A stretch of DNA of 63,563 bases, the filler included, from Reticulomyxa filosa (lineage: Eukaryota; Protista; Foraminifera), in NCBI GenBank assembly GCA_000512085.1. It is 25 parts of 25 records of this genome, joined end to end, with 100 filler letters (N's around TTAATTAATTAA, not from the genome) between each part and the next. Parts side by side here need not be neighbours in the genome. Positions count along the whole stretch, not along the records: positions 23,161 to 25,518 come from ASPP01015301.1; positions 25,619 to 26,985 come from ASPP01036430.1; positions 27,086 to 31,891 come from ASPP01011579.1; positions 31,992 to 34,576 come from ASPP01026525.1; positions 34,677 to 35,841 come from ASPP01000088.1; positions 35,942 to 37,894 come from ASPP01003192.1; positions 37,995 to 39,642 come from ASPP01006707.1; 18 more parts are not named here. The stretch is one strand, 5' to 3'. Numbering within the stretch: position 1 is the first letter of the stretch; each line of letters starts with the position of its first letter. The notes beneath the pieces are model-generated. The model was not told the DNA's origin and made no database searches. It was given only the letters and a program-made list of their open reading frames with translations. This document shows, piece by piece, positions 25,393 to 38,032 of the stretch. The translations under genes and the position numbers were made by a program.

Positions 25393-27109
25393 AGTGTAAT
25401 GCACCGCTTAAAATCTCCCTCCCCCTTTAGTAAACTATTACCTTTTTTTTTTTTCCCCCAAAGGGGAATAAAATTAATAGACGACATACCCAGTGAAATC
25501 CTCGTAGATTTTTTTTTTNNNNNNNNNNNNNNNNNNNNNNNNNNNNNNNNNNNNNNNNNNNNTTAATTAATTAANNNNNNNNNNNNNNNNNNNNNNNNNN
25601 NNNNNNNNNNNNNNNNNNTGTAAATTCTTGATACAGTTTGAGGGATGAGAAGATGATTTTTTGAAACGTGATCAAAACAAAAAAAAATTTAGATTGTAAC
25701 CAAAAGCAATTAACTTTTTTTAAACCGAACATGTTGAGTTAAGTTCCCAATCGAAATTATATAAAATCTCTCCCTCAAATCAGACGAGTGTCCATTACCA
25801 AATCTGGAACTGAATATTGTTTTTTCCTCTTCAAATCAAGTTTTTGAACTGAACAACCGCCGAAACGGAGTGTTGTGTGTCTTTCGTACAGTTGACTGGT
25901 ATTCCAAGAGGACAGAATACTTCTGGGCATGCAAAAAGTGGGTTTACACAAACAAAATTTGTGAACACTTGGCAAGATCAATGGACTATATATTTTTTCC
26001 TACCAACTTGGTGCGACTATGTGTCCACTTTGGGACACAATATATCCGCCCCGATTCGGATTTGTTGTGTTGAATGATCCCTACCAATGTATGTCCATCC
26101 TAAAGCGAGGGACATCTTTTGTGCACGATAAAAGTGGGCTCACACGCTGTGGCTTAGTGCATTTATGTGACCCAGCACAAGAGAACTTAATGTTGTCTCT
26201 GCTCAAAATTTGGAGACATTTCAGATACACGATCACTTTGTCTGTTGATTACAATGGTTTGTTTTTGTTTGTCGGGTTTTCACCGCATTGGGTCAAGAAC
26301 ACACTCCATTTCCAATTGGGAAACAGTAAATTTCCAACATGGAGCACAATCAATCAATTTCATGATTGGAAAGGAAGTGTACATGGAACAAAAATGACAA
26401 CTTCTACGTCAGTGGATAATTTAATATATTTCAAATTGTCGCGCAAAAAAAAAAATTTGCAATGTGTTCACTAAACAAAAAATTGTGTTGCAGCCTATAC
26501 CAAATGAAATGGAAAAAATATCTGTTTATATTGCTACGATACAAGTGTTGTTGATCAATTGTTCCAAGTGGTTGTACGATAGAACAGAGTCAATATTCAA
26601 TGCTTAACATATTTTTGATCACTTTTTTTTTCCCAAGTTTTTTCTGCCATTTATAACTAAATGTCATCATGAAAGGACGCTTTTTTCTTTTTCGGCAACT
26701 GTTGCACTTCGCAGAGGAGAGCAGTAGTGAAGAAAATCTCAAGAGCGAGTTCCATGTTGTAGAAATTTGCTTTGTTAGGCTGCGTGGACGTCCAAGAGAG
26801 TTTTTTTCTAAAAAGGAAAAAGTTTTTCTCTTCAACAGAAAAATTTTTCAAGGAAAAATATAAATATTTATGAGTTGTCAATTTATGTCTTTTTTTTGTT
26901 ATGTCTCTCGTCGTACCATCTTTCACTGGTCTCTCTTTTTTTTTTTGTTTTTTAATTTTTCAACTTACAATAAAAGTGGTTTGCTNNNNNNNNNNNNNNN
27001 NNNNNNNNNNNNNNNNNNNNNNNNNNNNNTTAATTAATTAANNNNNNNNNNNNNNNNNNNNNNNNNNNNNNNNNNNNNNNNNNNNAAAAAAAAAAAAACA
27101 ACCTTCAAT

Positions 27110-28987
27110 AGAAGGAGATAAGGAATGCAAAGGTCTAGAATTATGCGATTGAGCATGATGAAGCCGACTTCTGGAAATAGCTCTTCTAATGTTTGTCCGC
27201 GCTCGCACGGTGTTGGAGTGGCTATAAGAAGAGTCGCGATTATGTTGATGGTCGGAAGTGGCTTGGACAAACTGGTCGCGACGAGAATTGTGTCTCCACG
27301 TCGTGAGCACGTTTTCAGAACCACCGTTATTTTGCAAGCCTTTTCGATGAGTGGGATGTGACGGTCCGTCTTCCAAAAGTTTTTGTTTCGTCGTTATCAG
27401 TGCGAACTCACGTAAATGATGTGTGTTCACTAGATTTTCTATTTCTTCTTTCATATACTTTGAATAATCCTTTTTTTTTTTTTTTTTTTGTAAACGAATA
27501 AAAAAATAAGAAGAGGGAGGGGGAGGAAGATAGGAAAAAAGAACACTTAGTTACCAACAATTGAGCAGGTGTAATTTCCAATAAATTCCAAGTTTGTAAC
27601 TTGTGAGAATAAGTGTTGGCCAACTTTTTGAGTTTGGTACGTAATTGTTGTGACGAATGTTCCAAGGCATCCATCAATTCAATAACAGTATAAAATTTTT
27701 GGTGATAACTGTGCCAATGCATAATCTCTCTCCATAGTTCGTTATTCATACGTACACACGTGTGTACCTGTGTAGCCGTATTACCTTCTCCTTTCGTTTC
27801 CGTCTTTTCACCAACATCATTACCAGTATTATTATTGTTATTATTATTATTGTTATTATTATTGTTATTATTATTGTTATGATCTTTATCTTTGTCTTTA
27901 TCTTTGTCTTTGTCTTCACCTTGGTTACAACTGCCACAAGTGATATGACAGTTTTTCATTAAAGTGTCAATTAATTTATGATTATGTTCCATCACACTTT
28001 GTTTGTTAGCGATTTCATATTGCAATTCACCCAACAGTGACACCTGTTCATTATGCGTGTCCACTTTGATTTCGCTTTCCAACGCGTTGCAACGAGCTCG
28101 GTAATACGACACGTCAAATTCCAACAGCTTATTTTGCTTTTTCAATTGCGCGATTTGCTCTGACAATTCTTCGTTTCGCTTTATCAACTGTCGCATTTGC
28201 GCACTCAAATTTTGGTTCGAATTTTGGCTTTGCAGTCGAATGTCTTTCGTCTCGCGTTGGTAATGCTGCCTCATTTCTTCCAATTTTTCTTCATAGATCT
28301 TTTTCAAATTCCGCATCTCTTCTTCGCATGTTTTGCTATACTTTTGCATTTCCGATTGAATGTTCTTGTTCGTTTGTTTCAAATTTTCAATTTGCTGCTG
28401 CGCAACCTTTCCATTCATTCAAATATATTAATAATATATACGTATACATATATAATTTTTTTTTTTTTTTTTTGCACGTACTGTACAATATTCCCCTCTC
28501 ACGTATACGTATGTATGTATATCTCCTAAGAGACACTATTTATTCATGTACATTCCTTTCTCTCTCTCTCTCCTCATTTCAAATTTTTTTTTTGAAAAGG
28601 GTACATTTGATTTTGTTTTTTCTTTACTTTGTTTCGGATACTTAAGTCTCTCATCTCTTCGTCATAAATGTTTGGAATCATGGACATATTTAAAGTCAGT
28701 TCTTTGCCCGTTCTCAGCCCATCTACAATACAATTAATTGTACATTTGCTCTTTGTCGATACACTGCTGCTACTGCTTTGTTCCTCAGTCTTCTTCGTTT
28801 GCAATGCCGATCGAATGTCGTTGCAATTACCCATCCGCTTCCACGAGTAGCTCGAACTGCCTCCTTCTCTTATGTACGCGTTTTCATTAATTATTGACGC
28901 CTTCAGAAGCAATTGAAGCTCTTCTAATGAACACGGCCCACAATGCACGAGCGGAAGGGTATGTACAAAGTAATATAGTCCTGTCAT
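27110..28987 (-). CDS. GYF_2-like domain plus coiled-coil protein, multi-exon, 3' truncated
   Basis: First exon YYF....HCGPCSLEELQLLLKASIINENAYIREG....W is GYF-like. The long coiled-coil exon joins DYSKYMKEE via an in-phase GT-AG intron at 27470-27554. Joining of the first exon is inferred. Confidence 0.6.
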
Positions 28988-29208
28988 TGTCCCAAATAAA
29001 CTCGTATCTTAGGAGAAATTATTTCGTAGCTCTCCTTCCTTTTTTAACGTTTATCGAGCAATTATTTTAATTTAGTCTTTTTCTCCGCACTACTCCTTTC
29101 ATAATAAAATTGGCAACATACTAAATTCATAGCTTTGGTAACAATAAAACGTCAAGTTTTTCAAGTAGTTCAGGAAGAAATTTGCAAAGGGCCAACAAAA
29201 AAAAAGGC

Positions 29209-29715
29209 ATGCTTGGTCTAACTGTCAATCACCCTTTGATCGTTAGCTGTTTTAAAAACAAGATTGTGGGTTTTGCATGCTTCAGGAGATTTGCTTGGAG
29301 CAATCGTCGAAGCTTCAGTTCTCCACCTGCTCGAAGAGACCACGTCTACATTGAAAAACTGGGCGTGAATGGATATGTTGGATACTTTCCCTTTGAAAAT
29401 GAAATGGGCCAACGTTTCAATGTATCCTTAAAACTGTATTTGGATTTGAAACAAAGCGCAAAAACTGATGCGTTGAACGATACTATCAATTATGCTGAGG
29501 TATGTCACGACGTCCAGCAGTACATGGGTAAGAAACAAGATCCCGTTCAATTGCTAGAAAAAGCGTGCGAAGATATATCCAAATCTCTTTTCGAAAAGTA
29601 CAACAAGTTGGAAGAGATCGAAGTTAGTATTTGGAAACATAGTGTGATGGGCATCCCTTTTTGTGACCGTATTGGTGTGACAATATATCGTTCTCGGCAG
29701 GATTACGGCTACTGA
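29209..29715 (+). CDS. folB: Dihydroneopterin aldolase with a putative mitochondrial presequence
   Basis: DHVYIEKL...GYVGYFPFENEMGQRFNV, TDALNDTINYAEV, LLEK and EVSIWK. Residues equivalent to E22/Y54/E74/K100 are present. The N-extension is Arg-rich and acid-free (RRFAWSNRRSFSS). Confidence 0.93.
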   Translation: MLGLTVNHPLIVSCFKNKIVGFACFRRFAWSNRRSFSSPPARRDHVYIEKLGVNGYVGYFPFENEMGQRFNVSLKLYLDLKQSAKTDALNDTINYAEVCHDVQQYMGKKQDPVQLLEKACEDISKSLFEKYNKLEEIEVSIWKHSVMGIPFCDRIGVTIYRSRQDYGY

Positions 29716-30174
29716 AGTTAGCGTAATCATAAAAATTCTTTGTTTTATTTTGTGTGATGAATTGATTATGTTAAAAAATCTTTCTCTTTTGTTAAATCCA
29801 GTCTCACTTATTTTTGGCGCATATGCAGAGTCAAGTACAAAATTTTTTCTTTTATCGAATACGTATTCAAAAAAAAAAAAAGAATACATTTCATCACTTT
29901 TGAAACATATGTCTAAATTCTTGAATATTGTTATAAATTCTTTATTTGAATTAAAAAAAGTCATTTGAACCAGCTTCAATTTGGAAAGATAAAAAAAAAA
30001 GAAACAGCACTTCAACAAAGATTGTTATATGATATGCTTGATAAAAGCAAATCCACAAATTACGAAAACATCAAAGTGACAATAAAAAAAAATTCTTTCC
30101 CCACCCCTTTGTTTAGTCTCACCAAAAGCGACATCCTATCGAAGTTTGAAGGAACAAAAAGGGGAAAAAAAAAC

Positions 30175-31324
30175 TCATTTAGTTGGCAAAACTTTTTGCT
30201 GATTACCAAGCAAAAGTTCTTTTTGATAATTTTTGCTGTTTGTGTTTGGTTTTGATTTGCAATGTCGCACGGCCTTGTTGACATCATATTCACACGATTC
30301 AAGGATCTCTTTGGCCTCTTCAGAGCTTAGCCCCGACACTTGTTGGCACAGTTGTTTTTCTTTTTCCCAGTGGTTGTCCACACGATACAAGCCAAGGGCT
30401 TGTCTCACGTTCCAATTTGCTTCGCCTTTTGTTTTGTATAAGCAAGTGTCCAACAAAAAGTTACTCATACTTTAAATGCAACAAAAAAAAAAAAGGGGGG
30501 GGGGGGGGAGTATTATGTCATGTACCTCCCAAGGCAGACGCTGAACATTAATGTCTTGTTTCGTTCCCAAAAAATTGAAATTTGCAATATAAAGATAGGA
30601 AAACATTATAAAAAAAAAAAAAAACGTATACAATACTTGCGATGAAAATTATACACTTCTAACTAACCCAAGTAATAGTTGCATCTATGATCATCAACCT
30701 CAGGGGCATAAAATTGAAACGCTTTGCGTAAATTGTACTTTCCATCTTCGTCAGGTTCTTTTTGCTTTTCATCTTCTGGCCTGCTTGATGTCAGTTTGGC
30801 TCGCTTCAATTGCTCGTCGATCTCTTTGGCTTTTTCCACACTTTCTGTGTCTTCCGTCGATAAGCTTGCCTTGCCTTCCAATGGGATAAGCAACAACTTG
30901 CCGACCATATGTCCCAATTGATGTCCGAAGCAAGCCTCTTTATTTAACTTTCGTAAATGAGCTTGAGAAACACCAAAACGGAGAGACAAACTCACCAATG
31001 AATCACCCTCTTGGATCTATCATTTCATCCAATTCGAATATTCCCAACGATAATATTCACACACGAAAAAACAAATAAAATAAAGAGAGGGAAGGCAGAT
31101 TGAGATGGCGTAAGACCAAAAAAAAAAATCATTTGTTTTGTTTTCTCTTCGCTCTCAATTGTTCTCACCCGATGGAAAGCAAAGCCTTTAGGCGCTTGTG
31201 GAATACTTCCGTCTGTGTTTGGCCAGTGCGGCACTTTTTCTTCTGTTTCACTTTTTTCTTGGGGCATTTTCAAGTTGCTATAATCCAACTCTTTTGGTTT
31301 GACAGGCAAAGGAATATGATACAT
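30175..31324 (-). CDS. LysM plus UBA-like domain protein, 3 exons
   Basis: GDSLVSLSLRFGVSQAHLRKLN...LLLIP is LysM. EEAKEILESCEYDVNKAV and ANWNVRQAL are UBA-like. ATG at 31324. Confidence 0.7.
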
Positions 31325-31560
31325 AATTTGGTTCTTTAATTATTTATTTGTGTAGTTAAATTTATCTTGTCGGAACTTTTTGTGCGTGCATATTTTTTTT
31401 AAGTTCTGGACATGTTGTGCTCAATGTGGAATCACATTTTTTTGCAAAAAAAGGCAAAACAATAAGTATGTGGCCACTGAGTGTTTCAATAATAGTTTCA
31501 AAAATTTGGTTGGGATTAGTTGGTGTGGCAATGGGGACCTGACATGGGAGGGAAAAAAAA

Positions 31561-31863
31561 ATGATCATGCTCTCGAGATATTTACGGATTCGTCCATTGA
31601 GACCATCTATAATCAGATTTGACTTACATGTGGGCATTGTTAGGACATTTTGCACAAAGCAGCAATCCTCGGAGCAACCGAGTGAGAGTTCGGTGGCGAA
31701 ACAAGCCGATGGAGCATTGCGAGTGTTATCAGAGAGCATTTTGAAAGGACAAGAAAGGCAAGTGTCAGAGCTGAGCGAAGAGCAAAGAAGAGTGTACGAG
31801 ATTGTGCAAAACTTAATTAAGGACGGCTATGTAGACGACCCCCAACTTATTGAAATAGTTTAG
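31561..31863 (+). CDS. First exon of a probable mitochondrial protein, unknown function
   Basis: Arg-rich presequence-like start MIMLSRYLRIRPLRP...VRTFC; runs toward the contig edge. Confidence 0.55.
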   Translation: MIMLSRYLRIRPLRPSIIRFDLHVGIVRTFCTKQQSSEQPSESSVAKQADGALRVLSESILKGQERQVSELSEEQRRVYEIVQNLIKDGYVDDPQLIEIV

Positions 31864-31991
31864 ATGGCCCTTTTTTTTTTTTTTTTTTTTTNNNNNNNNN
31901 NNNNNNNNNNNNNNNNNNNNNNNNNNNNNNNNNNNTTAATTAATTAANNNNNNNNNNNNNNNNNNNNNNNNNNNNNNNNNNNNNNNNNNNN

Positions 31992-32936
31992 ACATTCAAA
32001 CAAGTATATGAAAAAGGTGTGAAAGAATTACAAGTGCAATTAACAACTTATTGGGATTATATTATAGTTGAAGAGTTTAAACACAAATGTCCAGATTTGA
32101 TGGATGATTGGAGTTGCAATGTGATGCATCGATTGATGAATTTGAAGCCATGTAATGAAATGAGTTTGGTTGGTCATGAAGATCATTGTATTTATTTGAG
32201 TTTGTGTAGAACACTAGATCATGTTTTGGTTAGAGTGGATCATCGATAGATGACAACAATTCCACTCAATAAACCTCATCTAATCAATGAACATGGATTG
32301 ATTCAACCTTATTTGGTTGCTTATTTTACATCAAATGGTTCAAGTATTGATAACAACAAGGAATGGTTGAAGAAATATATTAAAAATGCAACAATTTTGA
32401 AAGATAGTGGCAGCAATGAGAGTATGAAACATCTTTATTGTAGTGATAATAAATCATTATCTCCTCGTGAGGAAAATATATCATCAACAGTGAAAGATTG
32501 GCCACAGAATTGTAATTTGAGAAGTCACAATGTTAGATATCGAATTCGTTTAGACAGTGTTGTTTATGAATGGTTTAGAAATCAGAAATACAAGAGATTT
32601 GTGTTCAAAAGAAGAAATCACAATAAAGCCATTCACGAAGAAAAGAGTAATAATGAAAATATAAAGAATGGAGTAAAAGGTGGAAATAAATCGAATGCGT
32701 CAAAAAAATGCTCATTATCATTCGTTGAAATCCCCAGTCATTCAGAATTGATGAAAATCCTTTCAAAGCAATTGAAAGTGAAATATGATGATGTATACAA
32801 TGGAATAGCAGTGGAACAAGCTATTGTTGCAAAAGCAAACATTCATACAATTCAAAATGGAGCATTTTATCGTCGTGATGAATCAACCGATCAAACTTAT
32901 TTTCAATTATATCTTAATTCGACTGAACGAAACTAA
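31992..32936 (+). pseudogene. C-terminal domain of the HEAT/ankyrin family, with one in-frame TAG at 32247
   Basis: ORFs 32019-32249 and 32250-32936 are in the same frame. The contig begins TFKQVY, matching TFEQVC where the paralog at 62027-63563 ends. Confidence 0.65.
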
Positions 32937-32999
32937 TTTGATCAATTTTACAAATCAAATAATGCTCCACATAAGACACGAATATATAATAATCTTCAT

Positions 33000-34500
33000 T
33001 TTTTAATTCATTCAAACATTCCAGAATATTATCCAATCAAACATCGAAAAATAATATTCAATTCTTTCATTCCATTTCTTTGAAAATGTTACAAGTGATT
33101 TTATAAATGACGTCCCAAACGGAATAATCACTATCTTTTAATCCATTTATCAAACATTTAAAAGCATCATTGAAATGTTTTTCACTTCGATTGCTTCAAG
33201 TAATTCTGCACATTCCCCACACACACACACATACACACATTTACATTATCATTTCTATCATTGGATATATCCATGAAAGACCCCAAAGCTTTATTAATTG
33301 AATGCACTTAATACGAAAATTTTTATGTTCCTAGCATTAAATCTATTCATCAAACGATTAAAAAGCATCATTGAATTGTTTTCCAGATATTTCACTGTAA
33401 TTGCGTCAAGTGCTTCATGTATCCAATTAATCTTTATTTTCGTTATTGAATATATATATACATATATCCATTAAAAGAATTGAACACATCATCTAACTTT
33501 TCTCATCTAATTTTACTCCAAAAATTCCGAGGACATCTCTTTCTTCGTGTTTATCTTTTAGTATTTTCCATCAAAGGATCGAAAGCATCATTGAATTGTT
33601 TTTCATTCCATTTCATTGATAAGAAGTGTGCACATTTTACAAGATTATTTTTGTCTTCCTTTTCATCAGATAATCGATTAATCAGGCATTTAAAGGCATC
33701 ATTTAATTGTTCTTCTTTCAATTTCATTATCAGTTGAGTTATATTATATTCCCAATAATAAAATCTATGAATGAAACATTGGAATGCATTATCCAGCTTT
33801 TTTTCCTCCAAATTGTGATCAAGTCATTGTGCACATTTATCACAAATTGTAATATTTTCATTATCAAAGGCGTTGATCAAATATTCAAACACTTTATTTA
33901 AGTGTCCCTTATTAAGTTCAATGCTATTCTTGAAAATGATATTGAATTTTTTTTTATCTTTGTCAACAAGTCCATCAATGAAAAATTCAATAGCATCATC
34001 TAATTGTTTTTCATTCAATTTCACAAAGTAAATCTACATATATCTCAGAATATCTCTTAGGAAATTGTTCACGCCATTGTACAACAATATCTAAAGTTTC
34101 CGTTGAAATGCACAAACATTGTAATAAATACAATTGCCTTATCATTAATCATCTTACAATACACGAGTGGATATCTAGATGATGGAACATATCGGAAATT
34201 GGGTAAATGCAATGCCATCACTTCATTCAATGGTCTGTCAAGGATCTGTCTAATTACACTCATAAGCATAGTCTTTGTCTTCGTCAAAATCAATTTAAGC
34301 AAATGATCCATGACTTAAATGAATCAACAAGTGATTTGTGACAAGTTTGGAGTTCTGATGAAACAAACTAGCTGTCAGTGTCTGCTTTGCAAGCATCCAA
34401 ACAACACTATTTGATGAATTGGAACAATTTGTTGAGGCAAAATGGGCCATATTGAATGTAGCAAGTATCAATTCATTGTTCAGAATTGTCGAAAGATGAA
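33000..34500 (-). pseudogene. Decayed HEAT-like repeat gene (KLNEKQLDDAF repeats)
   Basis: Repeats KLNEKQLDDAIEFFIDGL, KLKEEQLNDAFKCLINRL and KWNEKQFNDAF occur in several frames with stops. Upstream region reads PQQIVPIHQ...CHKSLVDSFKSW. Confidence 0.75.
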
Positions 34501-34796
34501 ACCATATTTGTCTTGCAGTTGATAATATCGCTTTATTTTTTTTTGTATCAGATTCTTTTTTTCACACAAGTTTCCTNNNNNNNNNNNNNNNNNNNNNNNN
34601 NNNNNNNNNNNNNNNNNNNNTTAATTAATTAANNNNNNNNNNNNNNNNNNNNNNNNNNNNNNNNNNNNNNNNNNNNAAATTTGCCAATTTTACTTTCAAC
34701 ATGGAAAAATGTTTGAAAAAAGTTTTTTAGAAAACTTAATGCAAAGCCAATACACGTTTATAAAGACATCATAATTATTAATTCGAAGTAAGACAG

Positions 34797-35783
34797 TTAC
34801 TCGGTTTTCATGTGAGGATATTTCCAGTCTGAAGTGGGAAGATAGCTTTCTTTGATGGCCCGCATGCTCACAAATCTATTGAAAATGGTTCCCCATCCAG
34901 CTTTATCATTGGTGCCTATATACAATAACGATCATGTATACCCAATAAAACAATGAACCAGTCGATTAAAAAGCACAGAAAGGAGAGATTAAAACACGAT
35001 AAATGCAAACCTGAAGCTCTTGATCCTCCAAATGGTTGTTGTGCAACAATAGCGCCAGTACTCTTGTCATTGACATAGAAATTGCCAGCGCTGTGTCTCA
35101 ACTTCCTAGTTGCCAATTCAATGACTTTACGATCACGAGCGTAAAGTGATCCTGTCAAAGCATATTCAGCAGTTTGATCAAGTAAGTCGATGGTTTCTTC
35201 AAATTGGTCATCATCATAAACATAAACGGTGAGAACGGGTCCAAATATTTCCTCGCGCATTGTTTTGGATTTCGGGTCTGTTGTTTCAATAATTGTAGGA
35301 GAAATGAAATAACCTTTGGACGAATCACAAGCTCCTCCGACAATGATATTGCATGATTTATCATTTTTGGCATGTTCAATATATGCACTAATATCCCTAA
35401 ATGCATTTCCATCAATTACAGCCGTCATGAACACATCAAAGTCATCTGGCTGTCCCATTTTTATTTTTTGGTTTCTCCAACAATTTTTCCTTCATTGTTT
35501 TCCACATCGAGCGAGGGACATACATTCTCGACGTCGCACTGCACTTTTGTCCTTGGTATTCAAAGGCGCCACGAATGGTTCCGTTCACAACATTGTCAAT
35601 ATCCGCAGAGGCGTGGACCAAGTGAAAGTTTTTGCCACCCGTCTCACCGACCAATCGAGGAAAGCTTTTGTACTTTCCAATATTACTGCCGATGGTCTCC
35701 CAAATTTGGCGAAAGACCGCTGTTGAACCAGTAAAGGTAACCCCTGCTAAATCAGGATGTTTGATGGCATGCTCGCTGATAAT
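34797..35783 (-). CDS. ALDH4A1: Delta-1-pyrroline-5-carboxylate dehydrogenase, C-terminal part
   Basis: FTGST, GETGGKNFH, FEYQGQKCSATSR, EEIFGPV and QQPFGGSRASG|TNDKAG. Intron 34916-35010; stop at 34797; homopolymer frameshift near 35465. Confidence 0.96.
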
Positions 35784-36119
35784 CTTTTAAATTTAATTTG
35801 GCACATTTTTTTTTTTTTTTTGGTTGGGGGGGGGGGAGGGGNNNNNNNNNNNNNNNNNNNNNNNNNNNNNNNNNNNNNNNNNNNNTTAATTAATTAANNN
35901 NNNNNNNNNNNNNNNNNNNNNNNNNNNNNNNNNNNNNNNNNTTTGTTTTAATGTACATATACGTATACATATATGTGTATATGTATATGACTATGTCGAT
36001 ATGCATATACATGTTGCTATATTATATATGTAAGATGCTTGTTTTGTATTGATAAATGGATAAAATTTCTCCCCCTCCCCCCCCCCCCCCCCCTCCTTCT
36101 CTCTTTTTCCGCTGATCAG

Positions 36120-36691
36120 ATATTACTGATCCTTTTGGACAAATGACCAAAGAAAAAAAAAAACGCATTGCAAATAATGAGAAGAATCGATTGGTCAATT
36201 TGAAAGAGGCCTACGGAGATCGCCTCCCTGGAACGTTGGATTTACAATCGGCGGTGAAATTTACAAAGGCGCTGTCAAAACCTGATGCTCGAATGCTGGT
36301 CGGCAAGCGCGCAATGAAACAGAGCTTGAAACATACCAACTTAAAGTATGGACATTTGAATACTGTTTTAGATATTGCTCAACATAGCACTGGGTCCATG
36401 GGAAAGTTCGATGCTTTGAACCGATTCGAACCCAAACCCAAGTTGAAAAGAAACGCCAAAAAAGACACTGCATATTTGGGTGCTCATGACCAAAATCACA
36501 AAAAAAAATTTGGGAAAGACAAAGCAAATCGATCCATGCTTCAAAAAGAAACTGAAAAGCAAAAGGAAATTATGTATCAAATATTTGGAAAACAACAACA
36601 CGACGCATTTGACGTCGGAAAAGCCACCAAAAAAGAACACAAAAGAATCATTGCAAATACAAGTAAAAATAAAAAATCGGGCAAGACATAA
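36120..36691 (+). CDS. RRS1: Ribosome biogenesis regulatory protein RRS1, last exon
   Basis: DPFGQMTKEKKKRIANNEKNRLVNL and AQHSTGSMGKFD; AG acceptor at 36118-36119. Confidence 0.85.
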
Positions 36692-37331
36692 GCACTTCTT
36701 CTTTTTTTTTTTTTTTGGATAAAATTTGTATGTTTATTTTGATTGATTCATTATTTTTTGCATTATTAACATCACATTTGCTTCTCAAAGTGATTCATTT
36801 ATGTTATTGTTTATTTCTTATGTTTGTTATCAAACTGTTTTATTTTTCCTCGTATTACTTTCATCAAAGGTGAAACGCCTTGTCATACTCTCCATTATTC
36901 CGATCATTTGTTGTTTCAATCTTTCACGCACTTCTGCCTTAGCTTTTCATTATTGCTTCAATTCTCTATTTTTTGCTATTTGCAAAATTTTAATAAATAC
37001 AATTAAGTAATGTTGATATTTACTCTGAATTAAATCCGACATCTCTCAAGTCTTGGACCAAAAGATAGATATCATTTTAAAATCTGTCACCTTTTGTAAT
37101 TATCGTGATTGGCTACAACGAGGATACTCAAAGGATATTTGCAAGATGATTACCCGCAAATTTCAATATATCAGCGAAACACTTTACATTTTTTTACCAA
37201 AAGTCATCAAAAATGAATAATTTTTTTTCCGAATAATATGTTTCATTTTTTTTAACTGTCGTTGTTAAAAATAATGCTCGAAGAAAACTAATTAGTTGAA
37301 CGACGATGAGTTTTTTAATATCTACTTTGTT

Positions 37332-37720
37332 ATGTCGAATTCTTCATCTGGGTTTAGGTATGTAGTTCGAAAGATCCCTCCTACCATCACCGAGGAGAAG
37401 ATCAAGGATGAGTTAAAGAATTTCGAAGGAAAATATGAGCATTTTCATTTATGTTCTCAGCCCTGCCTTGTTGATCGTACACGAGTGCATCAAATTTCGT
37501 GGAAACGATTTTATATTTATTTTAAAAATAAAGAAGATGGAGAGAGATTTGTCAGACACTTCCGTGGTATTGAGTACCCTTTGGACGGTAAGTAAGTGTG
37601 TTGTATCAAGGTTTCGTATACCTATAGCGATGTAAGAAAAGGATATGGGCTGGGGACATCACAGAATCAGGAAAAGCAATATCCAAACTATTTGTCGAAT
37701 ATGCACCACTACAAGCAACG
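37332..37720 (+). CDS. UPF3: Nonsense-mediated decay factor UPF3, N-terminal RRM-like domain (partial)
   Basis: VVRKIPPTITEE and RFYIYFKNKED...FVRHFRG. After a short intron, QYP..VEYAPLQ is readable across homopolymer slips. Confidence 0.82.
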
Positions 37721-37994
37721 GTAAAAGTGGTTAAAGACAGAGATGCACGCATTGGAACAATTTTCAAAGGTTAACAATCACAAAAAAACAAAAACCGTAA
37801 CTGACAGAAACTTTAAAAACAACCGGGTTTTCGCCACTATTTTTTTTTACAAAAAAAAAAAAAAAAAAAAAATGAAAAAAAAAAAAAAAAAAAANNNNNN
37901 NNNNNNNNNNNNNNNNNNNNNNNNNNNNNNNNNNNNNNTTAATTAATTAANNNNNNNNNNNNNNNNNNNNNNNNNNNNNNNNNNNNNNNNNNNN

Positions 37995-38031
<37 letters not shown>

Positions 38032-38032
<1 letters not shown>

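Noticed and set aside
25850-26610. Possible frameshifted gene on the plus strand
   Set aside because: The composition is coding-like, but no family motif or consistent frame could be supported.
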